Assembly: GCA_028023455.1 (NCBI GenBank)
Contig: JAQFVV010000003.1
Location: 29,884,001 to 29,948,000, forward strand
DNA: 64,000 bases
From: Epiperipatus broadwayi
Taxonomy: Eukaryota > Animalia > Onychophora
Reading direction: 5' to 3'
The notes under the pieces were generated by a model. That model was not told the DNA's origin. It searched no databases and was given only the letters and a program-made list of their open reading frames with translations. Shown piece after piece: positions 12,673 to 26,757 of this stretch. The position numbers were made by a program, and so were the translations under genes. Position 1 is the first letter of the stretch, and every line of letters begins with the position of its first letter.

Positions 12673-15160
12673 TTAACTTGTTAATAAAAGTTGTCCACCC
12701 TGGCTTTCTGCATATAATTTGCATAACCATCTGAGCAACCTATCTTTATCTCTTAAACTTTTAATTTTCAGCTCCCATTGAACCTCTTTAGGTGGTTCTG
12801 TAGCCATGACTTCATCTCCTGAGCTGTAGTATTCCTTATTAACATCCACAATGAAATCTTCATTTTCATCTTCAAAAACTAAAACAATATAATGTGAATC
12901 AGGAATAGATATTATCCGTTTTAAATATTCTATCTGCCGTAATTCAACAATATGCATGGGTGGGTCATCTGGTAGTGTAATAACAAAATCAGGAATAGGA
13001 TACTGAACATGATCATCTATACTTAATCCAACATGCGTTGATGTCAAAAGGATAGTTCGAGGATTAAAAGTAGATGAATTGGGGGAATCAAGTTCTTTTT
13101 CTTTTTGAAGGCCAAGTATATAAATTAATAGTGATATATTTTCAAGTTTTGGTTTTATACCATGCATATTTTCATGAATGAGGTATGTAAATTCTTTAAT
13201 TGTTTCTTCTCCCTGATAAATAAATTTAACTTTACTGGGATGCATATAAATGCCACAATCTGTTCGACTTACCTGAGAAGTGTACTGTGAATAAAAATCT
13301 GGCTCTTGAGATCCATCTTTTGGTTGAGGGCTGGGTGTTGTAATATGATTGGTCAGAGCTGATTTTAAGGTTTGAAGAAACAAGTCTGTTTGCTCAGTAT
13401 CTCTAGTGATGCATGTTAAAATCTGACTGACCATTGAACCAGTAAGTCGAAATTTTTGATTAAATAATCCAACAACTATTTCAATCAAAGACTTTAATGG
13501 AATAATGTTATAACATTTTACAGATTTTACTGGTGTAAGAGTTCTAGGCAATGAATGATCACCCATAATCCATGGATCAAGGCGAATAGTCTTATCTACT
13601 GCAGAGTCTGATTGATAACGATGATGGGTTTTTACAAAATTATCTTTTGTACATACAGTTGAATCAGATAAAAAATAAATTGACTTTGTTGTCAAAATTA
13701 TGCAACTCATTATTTCTTGTTTTGGAGAAGAATATGGAGTAACAGATGTAAACATACCTAATAACAAATCTTCACTGAAAGAATCAATTTGAATACCAAT
13801 TTCTTTCAAAAATTCGGCTAGTTTTTCAGGGCACATTGTTGCTAAATACTGCATAGGAGTAGATATTTCATTGAGTGGAGGAATATTTTTAATCCATATT
13901 TTTCTACATGTGAAATCTAATGTAGGAGAAAGTTTGTTCAAAATTTTTTTATTTGATTTTGAATGATTTATCATTAATGAAAGTGATTTTGGTGGATTAG
14001 CTGCTCTAACAGATACATTTTTGTTTACTTCTGAATTGTCTTCAGTAATATTAGTTGATTTCTCAATTAGTGTTTTATTTTCATTTTGCTGTTTGCAACA
14101 GTCATCAATGCTTTGCAAAGGAGTACTTATGAATTCTATTGGAGGTTTTTGATTAGTTGAAAATTCTTGTCGTACACAGGTTAAATTTTCTAAAAATACA
14201 TCTCTTAGCTCTCTGCTCTGCATACAAATATTTAAAACTTTGAAAGATAAACCTGAATCTAAAGAATTATTTTGAAATGTTAATTTTATGCCAAAAATAG
14301 AATTTTTACTTTTAGAAAATGGAATATAATCATTAATTGTCCAAGGAATTTCAACTTCAAAGAGATTAATATCATTTATTGTACTACTTATTGAAAACGA
14401 ATCAATAATTTCATATTGCATTTTAATAATATTCACTTGTTCCAATCCAGTAAACCAATTCTCTTTGACTACATGCACAAAGTCCTTGGTTAATACTAAA
14501 CTTCTAGTAACAGCACCAGAATAACTATTTTCATTATTCTGACAGTAAACATGAATATGAAGGACAAGATTTAAATCTATCAGTTCTGGTTTTTTTTCAA
14601 CAACATTAAGGGTTTTCTTTAAACAATTTAATGAATTTTGATCCATTTGAATAAGACTTGAAGCAACAGATAAGCCCAAATGCAATAATCGCTCACTATA
14701 TAAATCAGCAAAAGTGGACAGTAAATTTTCAATATTTTTCTTATTTGGAATTATAAGAATAAATATTCCTAGAGATCCTTGGAATGATTCTTCCAGTCGC
14801 AAATTCAACCAATTTAGACCAATAACAAGTCGTTCAATATTTTGTAAAGGAGTTGCATAAAATAATTTTAATAGTGGTACATTTTTATGAGGAGATTCAG
14901 GATGGACTAATTCAAATATATAAAAACATTTATCTGTAATTGTAGTACAAGCAGGTACTTCACAACTTGTATTGGTGTAAGAAATTGCTGTCAGCCAGGT
15001 TATAACTTTAATAGTTTCTACTTCTAGTGATTGATTTTTCATTACTTTCTTAGTTTCATTTATTAACTTTTGTAAATATTCAACAAATTCACTACAAGAA
15101 AAGTCAGGCAAATGATTTGGCAGAATGTTGGCTCTGATAAATGTCCAATCAATTGACTCT
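12673..15160 (-). CDS. NISCH: Nischarin-like protein, large terminal exon (C-terminal region)
   Basis: The 812-aa ORF extends in frame to a ttttttag acceptor at 15161-15162. Motifs VGLFNQKFRLTG, TCITRD, TPSP..DFYSQ, HPSKVKFIY..EE, PRTILLTS, DHVQYPIPDF and EVQW match the vertebrate nischarin C-terminus as recalled. Confidence 0.88.
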
Positions 15161-15247
15161 CTAAAAAAAATAAAAAAAATTCACATATAAATGAAATAAT
15201 GAATAATAATAAAAAAATAAAATATACATATATTTTGATTATTTTAC

Positions 15248-15366
15248 CTATTATTATTACAGTGGTGATAATTGGGACTATTTTCAATAGAAACATCTTT
15301 ATCCTTTAGGGAATTGTTTTCAAGATTCTGAAGAGAATTTGATCTTGAATTATTCTCTAGTATATC
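15248..15366 (-). CDS. NISCH: Nischarin-like protein, penultimate exon
   Basis: cttttag acceptor, 119-nt open exon (DILENNSRSNSLQNLENNSLKDKDVSIENSPNYHHCNNN), AG|gtaaaat donor. The 87-nt intron is phase-compatible (AG+A=Arg) with the terminal exon. Confidence 0.7.
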
Positions 15367-16889
15367 CTAAAAGAACAAATCATCATTGAATAAATTTATG
15401 CATTACGTACATTTATGTAAATGAATAGTAGACTTAAACAAAATGACAGAAAGGTTAATAGATATTTTTAATTGATATATACATTGTAAAGTTTTGTCAA
15501 TCAAAACAGCTATTCTATGTGATATGAAATTATGTAAGTCATTTCTAACTGGAGAAAAAGTCTCATATTTTCTGAGAAATTTTAGTAGAAAATATTGAAC
15601 TCTTATTTTCTCTACAACAATCTAGCACCTTTTCAATCAAATCTAAATCAGATGACTGGAATGCCATGAAAAATGGCTAACATTATACATATAGTTCTTA
15701 AATTAATATATACCTATGAGGATTATATGAATTTGAGCATCATTATTTGGCAATATAACAGTGCTGCTTGAACAATGCTTACATTAAGGTATGAACCTAG
15801 TCTCAAATATTCCAAAATATGATAATGCAGAGTATTAAGTGAATTTTGTAAAAATCTTGCTGTAGCTGCCCAAATCATAAATTTTCCAATCAAGTTTTAC
15901 AGTTGGGACAAATTAATGTGCTTCATTTAGCAATTTCCAAATATAAATCCAGTAATTGTAATAATCAACCATTAAGCTAATGCACATGCGCTTTGTGGAT
16001 TTTTAACTATAAATGAATACTCTCACTTCCAAACACAAGATAAAGTTTTTGTGAAAAGATAGAATGAATCCATCTATCCTTTCAACCCAAACATTTATGC
16101 ATGGGCAAATCTTAAGCATTTGGGAATGAGAGCGTGAAGATATTAAGTGATCACTTTAAATTACTTTTACTATGGCAGAATGAATGATGCTTGCAAAATT
16201 TTCTAGAATTTATGATATGTCATTCTTAGTTGAAATTAAACATATGTAAATGAGATATTTATTTTATATAGCGCTATGTTTTTATAAACTGTAATAGTAA
16301 TAATCAGTCATTAAGTGCTATACAAAATAAATATCTCAAACCCAGTAATTGAAAAATTGATTTATCTGATTATATATATTTTTAATAGTTCACTATTCAC
16401 TTTGTAAGCCCATGATACCATTGCTTCCATAATATAAATATTCATATTAGAGAACAGTGGCTTTGAAATAGCAAGTAGACATTTCATGGGATTTTTTTAT
16501 TGCAGTGCCTCAAATGGATATAAAAATGTTTATTCCTTTTTTTTGAATATATAAATAACATCTTTTTCTTGCTTAAACTTGTACTAATTTAATATGAATA
16601 AGTTTAAAATAAAACAGTGATGCAATTTATATATTAATATTTTTGAACTTGATCAAAGTTTGATATTTTTTTTATAACATCTTCATGCTTTCATAGCATT
16701 TCTCTTTAAAGCAGCACATCTATTTCTCCCACTCCAATGCTGCTACTCTGTGTAAGTTTGAGTAGTCAACAGATGCTACATAGTAGTGCTTAATAAATTT
16801 CTATGTATTAAACTAACAGATGGTGGCAAAACTAAAGAAGGCAAAATAGATTTTCTATTTAAAAATGATAACTCCATATTTATTCATAC

Positions 16890-17667
16890 TGTTGTATTTT
16901 GTAAAAATTGAATGCAAGTTTGTGCACTCCAGAAAAACTAATATTTATTTGAGAGGTTGTTTTTAGATCGTGCACTGATAACTGAAGAATTTAATTAAGG
17001 CATTAACGTAATGGCGAACGTTAATTCCAAGAAATATTTGCTGATTGTAAATATTTCTAGATAAAAGACGTTACCTTATTGGACAATGTGAGTAATTGCT
17101 GCAGTTATCAGAAAGATATAAAAAGACTGTTAACAACTATGTGAGAGCAGTATTTGAGTAACAACTATGTGAAGGGAGTATTTGAGTGCATCTCCAGTAG
17201 ACATCTGTTCAATTCCAGCAAGAGATATCTAGCGTCAGTGCTTGCGGTTAAGGTCCAGTGCTCAGTGGAAATGTAGTTCACGGGTATAGCTGGAAAGGGC
17301 CCACAGAGAACGGTAGACCGTAGCCTGAGGAAACCGTCTGGATAACAGCTGAATAAAGAGTTGAGTTTCCAGCGGTTTTCAAGTGGAGTTACTGGTAGAC
17401 TGTTGCAGAGACGGAAGCTGTAAGGAGCTTAAGGTCAGTCAGTGCTTTATTATGAAGCATTCGTGTGTAGCTAAACTGGACTGGGGCCAAGGTATGCGTA
17501 AACCTAGCCCATTGTGAACCGTTTTTTGTAGCAGCCATCCAGAATGAACATCAAGGGAATTGAACATTAGCGAACTGTAGAGATAGAGTTGTTGCAGACT
17601 ATTCGCTATTCTGATTACTTAAAAACATTGTGTCTTAATGTATATAGACATACATATGGACATAACA
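16890..17667 (+). mobile_element. Solo LTR (778 bp) with 5-bp TSD CATAC
   Basis: TG...CA termini, CATAC at 16885-16889 and 17668-17672. Both ends are homologous to the LTRs at 31380 and 32433. Confidence 0.88.
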
Positions 17668-19431
17668 CATACAAAAACTTTTTATTAGTCTAAATATAAT
17701 AAAATAAATAAAATATTCTAAGAGACACCTATGCCAAAAATTAAAAAAACAACAACAACAATAATCGTTATAATGTAATTATACTCTAAAAATATAAATC
17801 CTAATAATCCAATATTTTTACCCCTCCAAAAAAAACATTCAAAAGTATGTCATCAAATATATATATTTATAAATCTAAAAGACAGTATTTTGACAGATTA
17901 AAAAAAAAAATCCAATTTTTATATTCTGTTTTCAATAAATATAACTAAATTAGAGATATCTAGCAGTCTATGGCAAAGCATTTCTAAAACAAGGCAAGTT
18001 AATATTTACATTATTTTTGTTTTTAAAAATCCCTAATATCAAATTCTAATTTGGAGAAGATATTTACTTTGTATTTTTAAAACGAAGTAACAAAGGTACA
18101 AAATCAATGTGCAATATAATTAGATAATAATTCAGGATGCCACATGTTGAACACCATAGAAATAAATATTAAAAAGTTAAAAGCTTTAATTTATCAAATT
18201 TGCTCAAAACATCAATATTTTTAGAGCAGTAATTTAATACTAATGAATGGCTGATTTTAACTAATCCAAAGCAGGTAATTGAGAATGTTGGGTATAATAC
18301 CAATATTATATGCTATAACATGTGGAAACAAGCATTCAAAATTTCATCTGATAGACTCACTTTTTATAGGGACTGGAACTTATATGGATACCATTTGTGA
18401 CTCAAGACTCATGCCATATAGTGAAACTACTGTTTTGTTGATCAATTAGTGTAATCTTTTTTGAAATTTCTGCTACAAAAAGGAAAGATAGTAGATTGCT
18501 ACATCACCTTGTTTTGCTAAAAGATCTATTACATGTTTTATCATTTATGAATGTTATTCAGAAACAACCTATTTAGATGATAACATATAAATAAGGAACA
18601 TACATGTTTATCTTATTACAAAAATACATACGATGATATATAATATACACATGCTTAAATTTTTATATATAAAGTATAGAAATTAGATTTACAAATTGTA
18701 TGTTAAGCATAAGAAATTGACAATGCATACTAAGCGAATCCATGAAGGGTTAATTAATTCTGCAATTAATGGATTAAAACAAAAGAATGACTTAGTGACT
18801 TAAGAATCAGTAACAAAAAATAATTATTATGTTATTAATAGACATCAGAAAATAATAGATAAATATATAATCAGAGCTGTAAAACCATTAGTAGCCATCT
18901 TAGGAGTTAATCAATTGAGTAACTAGGACTTAGAATCAATTAGTAAATCATTAGTAATGAAGGATAAAGAGTTATGGCAGAAAACTTTCATTAAAGCTAG
19001 TTTCCCAGAGTTGTCAATCTCTATAGATTTAAAGTGGATCTAGGAGTTAATAAGTCATACCAATTTCTAAAATTTAATAAACCTCGAGGACTCTACTTTG
19101 TAATAATTTAGTAGAAAGTCAGCAATATTTACATATCTCTCTACTGATTAAAACTTAATATTGATATATGTATGCTGATATTTTTGTTACTGATTGTCAA
19201 TAAACTGCTATAGTTACTAATTTCCAATTTGATTTATATATACATATATAATAAAATAAAACACTGGAATTACACAATTTTCAACATAATATATAGTTAG
19301 TTTACAGTGTGACTGCCATCCTTACTAGCATTTACTATAAAAGCTATTCAAGATGGCAGTCATGCTATAAGCTAGTTATAATGGATATTTATTAAAATTT
19401 GATATATTTAAAATTGTAGAATTAATTTCAA

Positions 19432-20565
19432 AAAAAAAAAAAAAAGCACTGAATACTTTGAAATTATTCAAACAGAAGTCAATTTCCGATAATGTGCTAT
19501 TTCTTAAATATTATAAATCTCTGCGCACTCTCCTGCCGGTAAGAATTTAAAAAACTTAAGTGAATCACTTAAGTTTAGAGCATACATTCTATATACACCA
19601 AATCTTAAGACCATGCTTAGATCAGGGCTTTAGTCTATTGTGTGCCTGATATTATAATCAAATATTCTATTGTAGAAACCTATTTAACCTATCGCAAGAG
19701 AAAGGCAGTGTCTCATTTTTAACCACCTATGATTAGACAAACATGACAAATGTAAACCTATTACTATAAAGTGCTGAAAACTTTGAAATTATTCAAACAG
19801 AAGTCAATTTTTGATAATGCGCTATTTCTTAAATATTATAAATCATGCACTCTTCCACCAGTAAGAATTTAAAAAACTTAAATGAATCACTTCAGTTTAG
19901 TGAGTACATTCTATATGCACCGACTCTTATAGACCATGCTTAAATCAGGGTTTAAGTCTATTGTGTGCCTGATGTTATAATCAAATATTCAATTGTACAA
20001 ATCTATTTAACCCATCACAGGAGAAAGACAGTGTCTCATTTTTAACCATCTATGATTAGACAAACATGACTTATAAATGTAAACCTATTATTATAAAATG
20101 CTGAAAACTTTGAAATTATTTAAACAGAAGTTAATCTCTGATAATGTGCTATTCTTACCAGCAGGAGAATACACAGAGATTTATAATATTTAAAAAATAA
20201 TGCATTATCAGAGATTGACTTCCTTTTGAATAATTTCAAAGTTTTCAGTGCTTTATAATAATAGGTTTACATTTATAAGTCATGTTTGTCTAATCATAGG
20301 TGGTTAAAAATGAAACACTGTCTTTTTCGTGGATGGGTTAAATAGATTTGTACAATTGAATATTTGATTATAACATCAGGCACACAATAGACTTAAGCCC
20401 TGATTTAAGCATGGTCTGTAAGAGTTGGTGTATATAGAATATACACAATAAACTTAAGTGATTCACTTAAGTTTTTTAAATTCTTACTGGTGGGAGAGTG
20501 CATGGAGATTTATAATATTTAAGAAATAGTGCATTGTATTGAAGACTGACTTCTGTTTGAATAAT
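19432..20565. mobile_element. Family C non-coding element: ~326-nt tandem units followed by an inverted copy, 15-bp TSD
   Basis: ctttgaaatt recurs at 19456, 19781 and 20108, and ~20160-20565 is the reverse complement. tagaattaatttcaa flanks both ends (19417-19431, 20566-20580). Confidence 0.8.
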
Positions 20566-21049
20566 TAGAATTAATTTCAATATATTGTTTTATTACATAT
20601 TATTGTGTTTAATATTATAGTTATATATTATATCTACACTATAACCACTCTTAACCAACCCATTATACACATGAGATAACATTATTGTATCCTTAAATAT
20701 AACAATGTATGCAAACACAGATGTATATTATTAGCTTGCAATCTGAGTGTAATTAGTTACATTTTTTCTTGATCAGATATATCATGATTTATAATTTTTT
20801 TAAAAATAATGCTGGACTTATAAAAACACACTGAAGATAAATGCCAAATACAATTTAAAACTAATCATTTTGTCATTCACTGATATTTATAGACAATTTT
20901 TTTTAGAAAAGAACAAGAAATATTTACTAGTACATAATCTTTTCAAGTTTAAATATAAGGACTTTACAGTGCAATGACATCATACTCCATTTCCACACTT
21001 ATGACTCTGCTTGAAATATGAGCCAAATAAAATTGAAACTTTTTTTAAA

Positions 21050-22130
21050 CAAAGTTGGGATTTTTCTTTCCGATTACTGTCCCATAGTCAAGTTATTTAA
21101 TAATTCCCAAATCTATCAGTAAATGGATAATCAGATATTCTTAGCAAGAAGGCATGAAAAAATCATAAAACCTCAATTGAAAAGGTCTTTGACCTACAGT
21201 GGGTTATTTTAAGGTTGTTTTGCAATACCTACACAATTTTTCATTGATTTTAGGAAACCTTAGGAAAACAGCCATGGAGACCTTTATATGATTGTGTATG
21301 AAAAGGACAAATAATTAAAAAGTTCTAGATGATGCCTTATGTGATGTGTATACCATTCAATCTGGATTGAGAAAAAATAAAATCAAACAAATAAAATGAA
21401 AACTTTAGGATATGCAGATGATTAAAGTTTTGTGAATTAAACATTTAAAATGATTTTCAAAGCAATAATAAAATAATAATTGAATGGTTCAATCACTTAG
21501 GAAATTATGTCTGAGCACTATTAATTGATTAGTCATTCAGATGATTATATAAATGTTCAAGCACCAGATATTTCTTTTAGCTCTTATATCCATCACTCAA
21601 AAAATTCTCATTATCAACAACAATTTTAGTATGTTTTTGTTAACATCTTCCATCAGAAGTAGAGAATTTTCAGTTGAATGATTTAAAATTTAAAAATATA
21701 AAATCTTTTAAATATATACTCTTCTTAATAATAAAGATAAAATACTAACTAGATGACAATATACCAAAAGACATAATTCATTCTTCAAAATTTAATAACT
21801 AATCTATAATCCTATAAAAACAAAAGATTACAAATATAACAAGTATATAATCTATCATAATTTATGCCTCAGAGATTTGAAAAAACAATTACCCAAAACG
21901 TTTTAAAATAAAACATGGAAAAAATATTTGGACATATAAAAGAAACTGTAGTTGGGAAATGGAGGAAAAAAACTAATGAAGAGCTGGTGTTGTTAGGACA
22001 AAACTTTTCTAATTAGCAATAACAATAGTGATGAAGATTATCAAAACCAAAAGGACAACCAAAAAGAAAATGGAATAATAGAAATAATGGAAAACAATAG
22101 AAAAAGATTATAAAAGACTAAAGGAAATAG
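21050..22130 (+). mobile_element. Decayed non-LTR retrotransposon RT, RTE-like
   Basis: Fragments FIDFRK (~21240), LGYADD (~21410) and a KIFG.IKE...KWRKKTNEEL-like C-terminus (~21920-21980). Confidence 0.55.
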
Positions 22131-23213
22131 AGAAAAAGTTTTTTTTTTTTTTTGCTATAAATTTTTGAGATTCATATTAATATCACTTTATAATTTTAAA
22201 TCTATTAACAGAAATTTCTACCAACTGCTTCCAAATTGGATGCAATCATTTAAATTGTTAAGTGGTTCTTTGACAATTGTTACTGATTTAGTAAAAAAAA
22301 AAAGTCATTCTTTTGTGAAATTGTTTCTAATGTTAGTTTAATTCAGAATCTTGAGATGAAGTATCCAGAAACGATGCTATCATTGTTTCCTCTTACACAA
22401 CATTACTATAATTCATTGTTTAATTTTGACTACACAATCATTTTGAAATTAAATTTTATGAAGAATTAAAAAAAAAACCATCACAGCAGAAATGTTAGTA
22501 CTGTAAAGAAACAGTTTGAATTCAGCTTTGCAAAAAATATAATTCAGAATTCTATGAAAAAAAAACATTTAAAATACTTTGCCTTCCCACATCTGCCATG
22601 CTTACAACTTGAGTTTAAACCTGATCCAAGTAAACTTAAACATTTTTTTTCAATAGGTTTGTGATTTTTCTTTTAGGTAGCTAGCCCAGATCCCATTCTC
22701 CAGCTAACTATATGATATTGGTCACTAAATCGTATATAACTATTTTTAGCTAGAGAGTAAAAATAAGAGTGGAAAATTGATGAGACTCTCATCACCTATC
22801 AATTGTTGAGTATTACCTTTTCTTTCAATTTTTTATTTATTTTTTAACTGTACTATAGTATAATACTTAAAAGAATGTTTTTATTTTAACATTATTTATC
22901 TCTTACTTGACAAAAGTTTAAATTTATTCAATCAATCAAATGGATCATATCTTTGAAATATTACAAATGCATTTAACAATATTTATATTTATCTGATATT
23001 ATCTTTTTCAATTTTTATATTTTCTTTTAATTTACAATTTTCTCTCAGTTAAACTATAATAGGACTGGTTATCAAGAGCCTTTTATCCCACTAGTTATGT
23101 CTTTGCATTGGCTGTGATAATGAAATTGACTATTTGTATAGCCAAATTTCCCCCTTCAATTACAAGTTTAACTATTCTAACAACAATCCTTTTTTTTATA
23201 TCTTTCTTTAAGT

Positions 23214-24096
23214 TAGGAATGGGTAAACTATGACTCACAATGTGGCCTGCCTAGAGATTCTATTCAATCTGCCACAGATTTTAAAATCAATAATATAGAA
23301 AATTTCAATGTCAATGTTTAAAAAAAATTCATTTAAGGATGTTCCATTTTTTACATATGTGAAAATTTCCATAGAAATTTGATTATTTTTTGCATATGCA
23401 AAATATAGTTGCGAGAATTTATATAGAAATTGATTTAAAAACTTTTGTATGTGCAAAAAATGGAACTTGTCCTAATAAATATGCATAAAATTATTAAAAT
23501 AGACCTATTTGCTTTTATATTTAAATTAAACAAAAATAGAAACAAGATTTTGAAAGATTTGAATTTACTGCTTATGAGTTTATATTAATGACAATAGAGG
23601 TGCTAATTCTTGTCCATATGACAACATCAAATAACAATAGTTGATTTGGGAATGTGCGCAAAGTGGGAACCTATCATTGAAATATGTCTGACAGACACAT
23701 TTCAACTTCATAAATGTTGAATGTTAGTGTCATAGTGGTGAAATTATTAAAAAGTAGTATTGTTGTTGGTGCTTGTTAGTTTTATTGTGGATATTCAAAA
23801 AATATTTAAACCCCAAAATATCTACTAAAAAACGTAAAGTTGATTCAGAGTGCTATGTTTTCAAAGATGAATGGACTTGAAAATACTTATTCACAGTTGT
23901 AAAAGATAAACCATTGTGTTATATCTGCAATGAAACCGTAGCAGTCTTCAAAGAATATGGCATTTCTACCACTTCTAAACATAAAAATTCCAGTTATGAA
24001 GCAATGTCCAAATATGAAAGGAAATGAAAAGCATATCTTTGCAAAAAATTATCAGGTCACCAAAATTTTTTTAAGAAAATAAATAGTTCTCAAAAA
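23214..24096 (+). mobile_element. hAT (SPIN/Buster, GTF2IRD2-like) transposon, 5' part
   Basis: Degenerate TIR taggaatgggtaaactatg..atgtggcctgcc. ~23830-24096 reads KKRKVDSECYVFKDEWT*KYLFTVVKDKPLCYICNETVAVFKEY. Confidence 0.75.
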
Positions 24097-24892
24097 TGTT
24101 ATATCCACCAGTTATAATACTCACTGGCGAACAATCTATGCAGTAAGCTAACCCTTGCCCTGACTATATATGCATACAATAATTTTATAATCACAAAGAC
24201 TAATGCAGGTAGAATAAGAAAAACAGATTTAATTATAATACACTAATACATTAAAACAATCATAATCTATTTATTAACAAACCCGAAGGTATACCAAAAT
24301 AATAATGAAGATCTGTGCGACCTACTTTTTTAGTCCCTATGCTGACTCTTGGACGTTCGGAGGCCAGCTGTCCGTTCTGGGGCTACCGTGCTAAATAAGC
24401 GATGTTCAACGCCTTTCCCAGTTCATCTGCATCAGTAGAGCTCCCAGTTTTAAGTGTCCAAATGCTTTATACTTTCACTCATTTTTCCAGTCCTGATTTT
24501 TCTGGATTTGATTGGTCAGGTCTTGTCCATCCTGGTCGGATCAAACCTTCCCAGTTTATCTTTTGGCTTAAGTTTTACTTTGATTGATTACCCTTTGCAG
24601 TTCGATTGCTTTTTAATTAATCATCTTGTTTATCTGCAAAGTTCCTTCATTAATTAACCTTGCTATCTAAAAGGATTTGTCTACATGTTGTTTTAGAACA
24701 TAACACAACTATTAAAATATAATATTATTTTAAATTAACAAAGTATTTTTATCTTCATGTATATATATAACTTACATATGTATATGCGATAAATTATACA
24801 TATACATACATTTAAATATTAAATCCCTATTTACAACATTTACTATTATTAATTTGTGTGTATGTGTATTTTAATTATACACATACATAACA
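24097..24892 (-). mobile_element. 3' LTR of a Ty3/Gypsy element (796 bp)
   Basis: TGTTAT...ATAACA termini. Polypurine tract (gggggaag on -) at ~24896-24903, downstream of the integrase. Confidence 0.7.
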
Positions 24893-25073
24893 ATACTTCC
24901 CCCAAGTTCGAAGATTATTTGTTAGTCATCGAACTTAAAATATAATCATTTAAATATTTGGGAGGGTTTATTTTCCTTTTTAGTCATTGCCATGAATTAT
25001 TTGCCATTTGTAGTGGTGACTTCTCTGTAGGCAAAATGTTTAATTGAAAATCAGTTTCTTGACTGGCGCAGAT

Positions 25074-26450
25074 TTACGGTTTATTATCATTTTTTAGAGT
25101 CTCGTCGGTTTCTGATGTGCCGAGATTTGGAATACAGTCGTCACTTTCATTTCTCCGTAGCTGGCTCACATGTTTTTTTAATACCTTACCATTGCCTATG
25201 CAAACTGTCATGACTTGTTTTGACAGATGGCGAATAACTTCCCCTGGAAACCATCGATTTTTCAGTGTATTCTTTACCCACACTCTCTCTTGCAGCTGGA
25301 ATTTGTGTGAACAACTCTGTTGTTTGTCTCGTTGTTTTGTTGGTACTATTTTTGCAAGTTTTGTTCGCAGTTTTCTGCCTAAATATATTTCCGCCGGTGA
25401 TTTTCCAGATTTGGCTACTGGGGTAGAATGCTGATGGAGAAGAGCAGTCAATACAGCTTCGTCGATTTTCATTTTGCCCATTTTTTTATAGCTGACTTGA
25501 AGCTTTGCACTGCTCTTTCAGCCAGTCCATTTGATTGGGGGTGGTATGGGGGGGGGGTGAGTACATGTTTTATTCCCCAATCTTGCATTGCCTCTGTGAA
25601 CTTTTCCGATGTGAAACTTGTTCCATTATCTGAGACTAAAGTTTCTGGGAATCCGTGATGAGCAAAAATCTCATACAGAGTGCTAACTGTTACCTCTGTG
25701 CTGGTATTTTTCACTATTTTATACTCAGTCCACCCTGAATACGAGTCGACTACAACTAGAAATAAATGGCCTTTGAATGGACCGCAATGGTCTATATGGA
25801 TTCATTGCCATGGATTATCTGCTTTTGGCCATGTTTCAAAAGTCGATGAGGGTGCTTTAGCGCACTGTTGGCAGTTCTCACATTTCTTTATATATCTTTC
25901 TATATCTATATTGATGTTTGGCCACCATATGATGCTACAAGTTAGGGCTTTTGCCCTCACAATGCCTGGATGTCCCTCATGAAGCAAGTTTAATATTTGT
26001 TGTCTGCTCACCACAGGTATCAGCACTTGGTCGCTCCTCAAAATGCATCCTTTACATAAGGATAGCTGTTCGTGGGCGTTCCATAATTGTTTCTGGAGAA
26101 AACTTGAACATTTGTTCGGCCATCCTCCTCTTATCTTATTTATTATCCACTGATAGCCGTCGTCGTCTTCTGTCCATCGAGCCACAATTTTGCTATTTGG
26201 GTTTTGCTTTTGAAGTACATCTATATAATTTATTTCTCTTTCTAATACTGGTGCTTCATCAAGATCGGGCATGCATGATAATGCATCTGCATGCCAATTT
26301 GTTTTCCCTTTTTGTATTGCAGACTGTAATCATAGACCACGAGAACATTAAACCAACGTAACATTAGAGGGCTTAAATGATCAGGTGTATGTTTATTTCC
26401 GAATACTCCGAGCAGTTGACCGTTGTACGTTGAACACATAGAAAAATATC
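25074..26450 (-). pseudogene. Ty3/Gypsy (Mag/K02A2.6-like) pol remnant: end of RNase H, integrase Zn finger, DDE core, GPY/F region
   Basis: LLHEGHPGIVRAK...WWPNINIDIERYIKKCENCQ, GFPETLVSDNGTSFTS, PYHPQSNGLAERAVQSFK, GKSPAEIYLGRKLRT. Frameshifted. Confidence 0.93.
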
Positions 26451-26452
26451 TT

Positions 26453-26489
<37 letters not shown>

Positions 26490-26757
26490 TTTTTATTTTT
26501 TTATTTTTTAAAAAATAAAAAAACCTCTCCTTTTTTTTTTTTTTTTTTTTCGGGTTTTTTTTTCTTTCCCCCCACATGATTTTGTGGACCAAACCCCCCA
26601 CCCAACAACTTTTTTTTTTTTTTTTTGAATTATTTTTTTTTTTTTTTTTTTAAAAATTATTAAGGAAGGGGCACCATCCCACAGATCTAAAAAAATCCTA
26701 AACAACCCCCAACAAACGAATTTTTTAAAAAAAGAGGGAAGTGAAGGGAGATCGGGC

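Noticed and set aside
18361-18472. Minus-strand segment with a strong acceptor and gtgagt donor, as a NISCH exon
   Set aside because: Stop codons in all three frames.
26450-26745. Lys/Phe-rich ORFs and long homopolymer runs
   Set aside because: Typical of low-quality sequence; not treated as coding.
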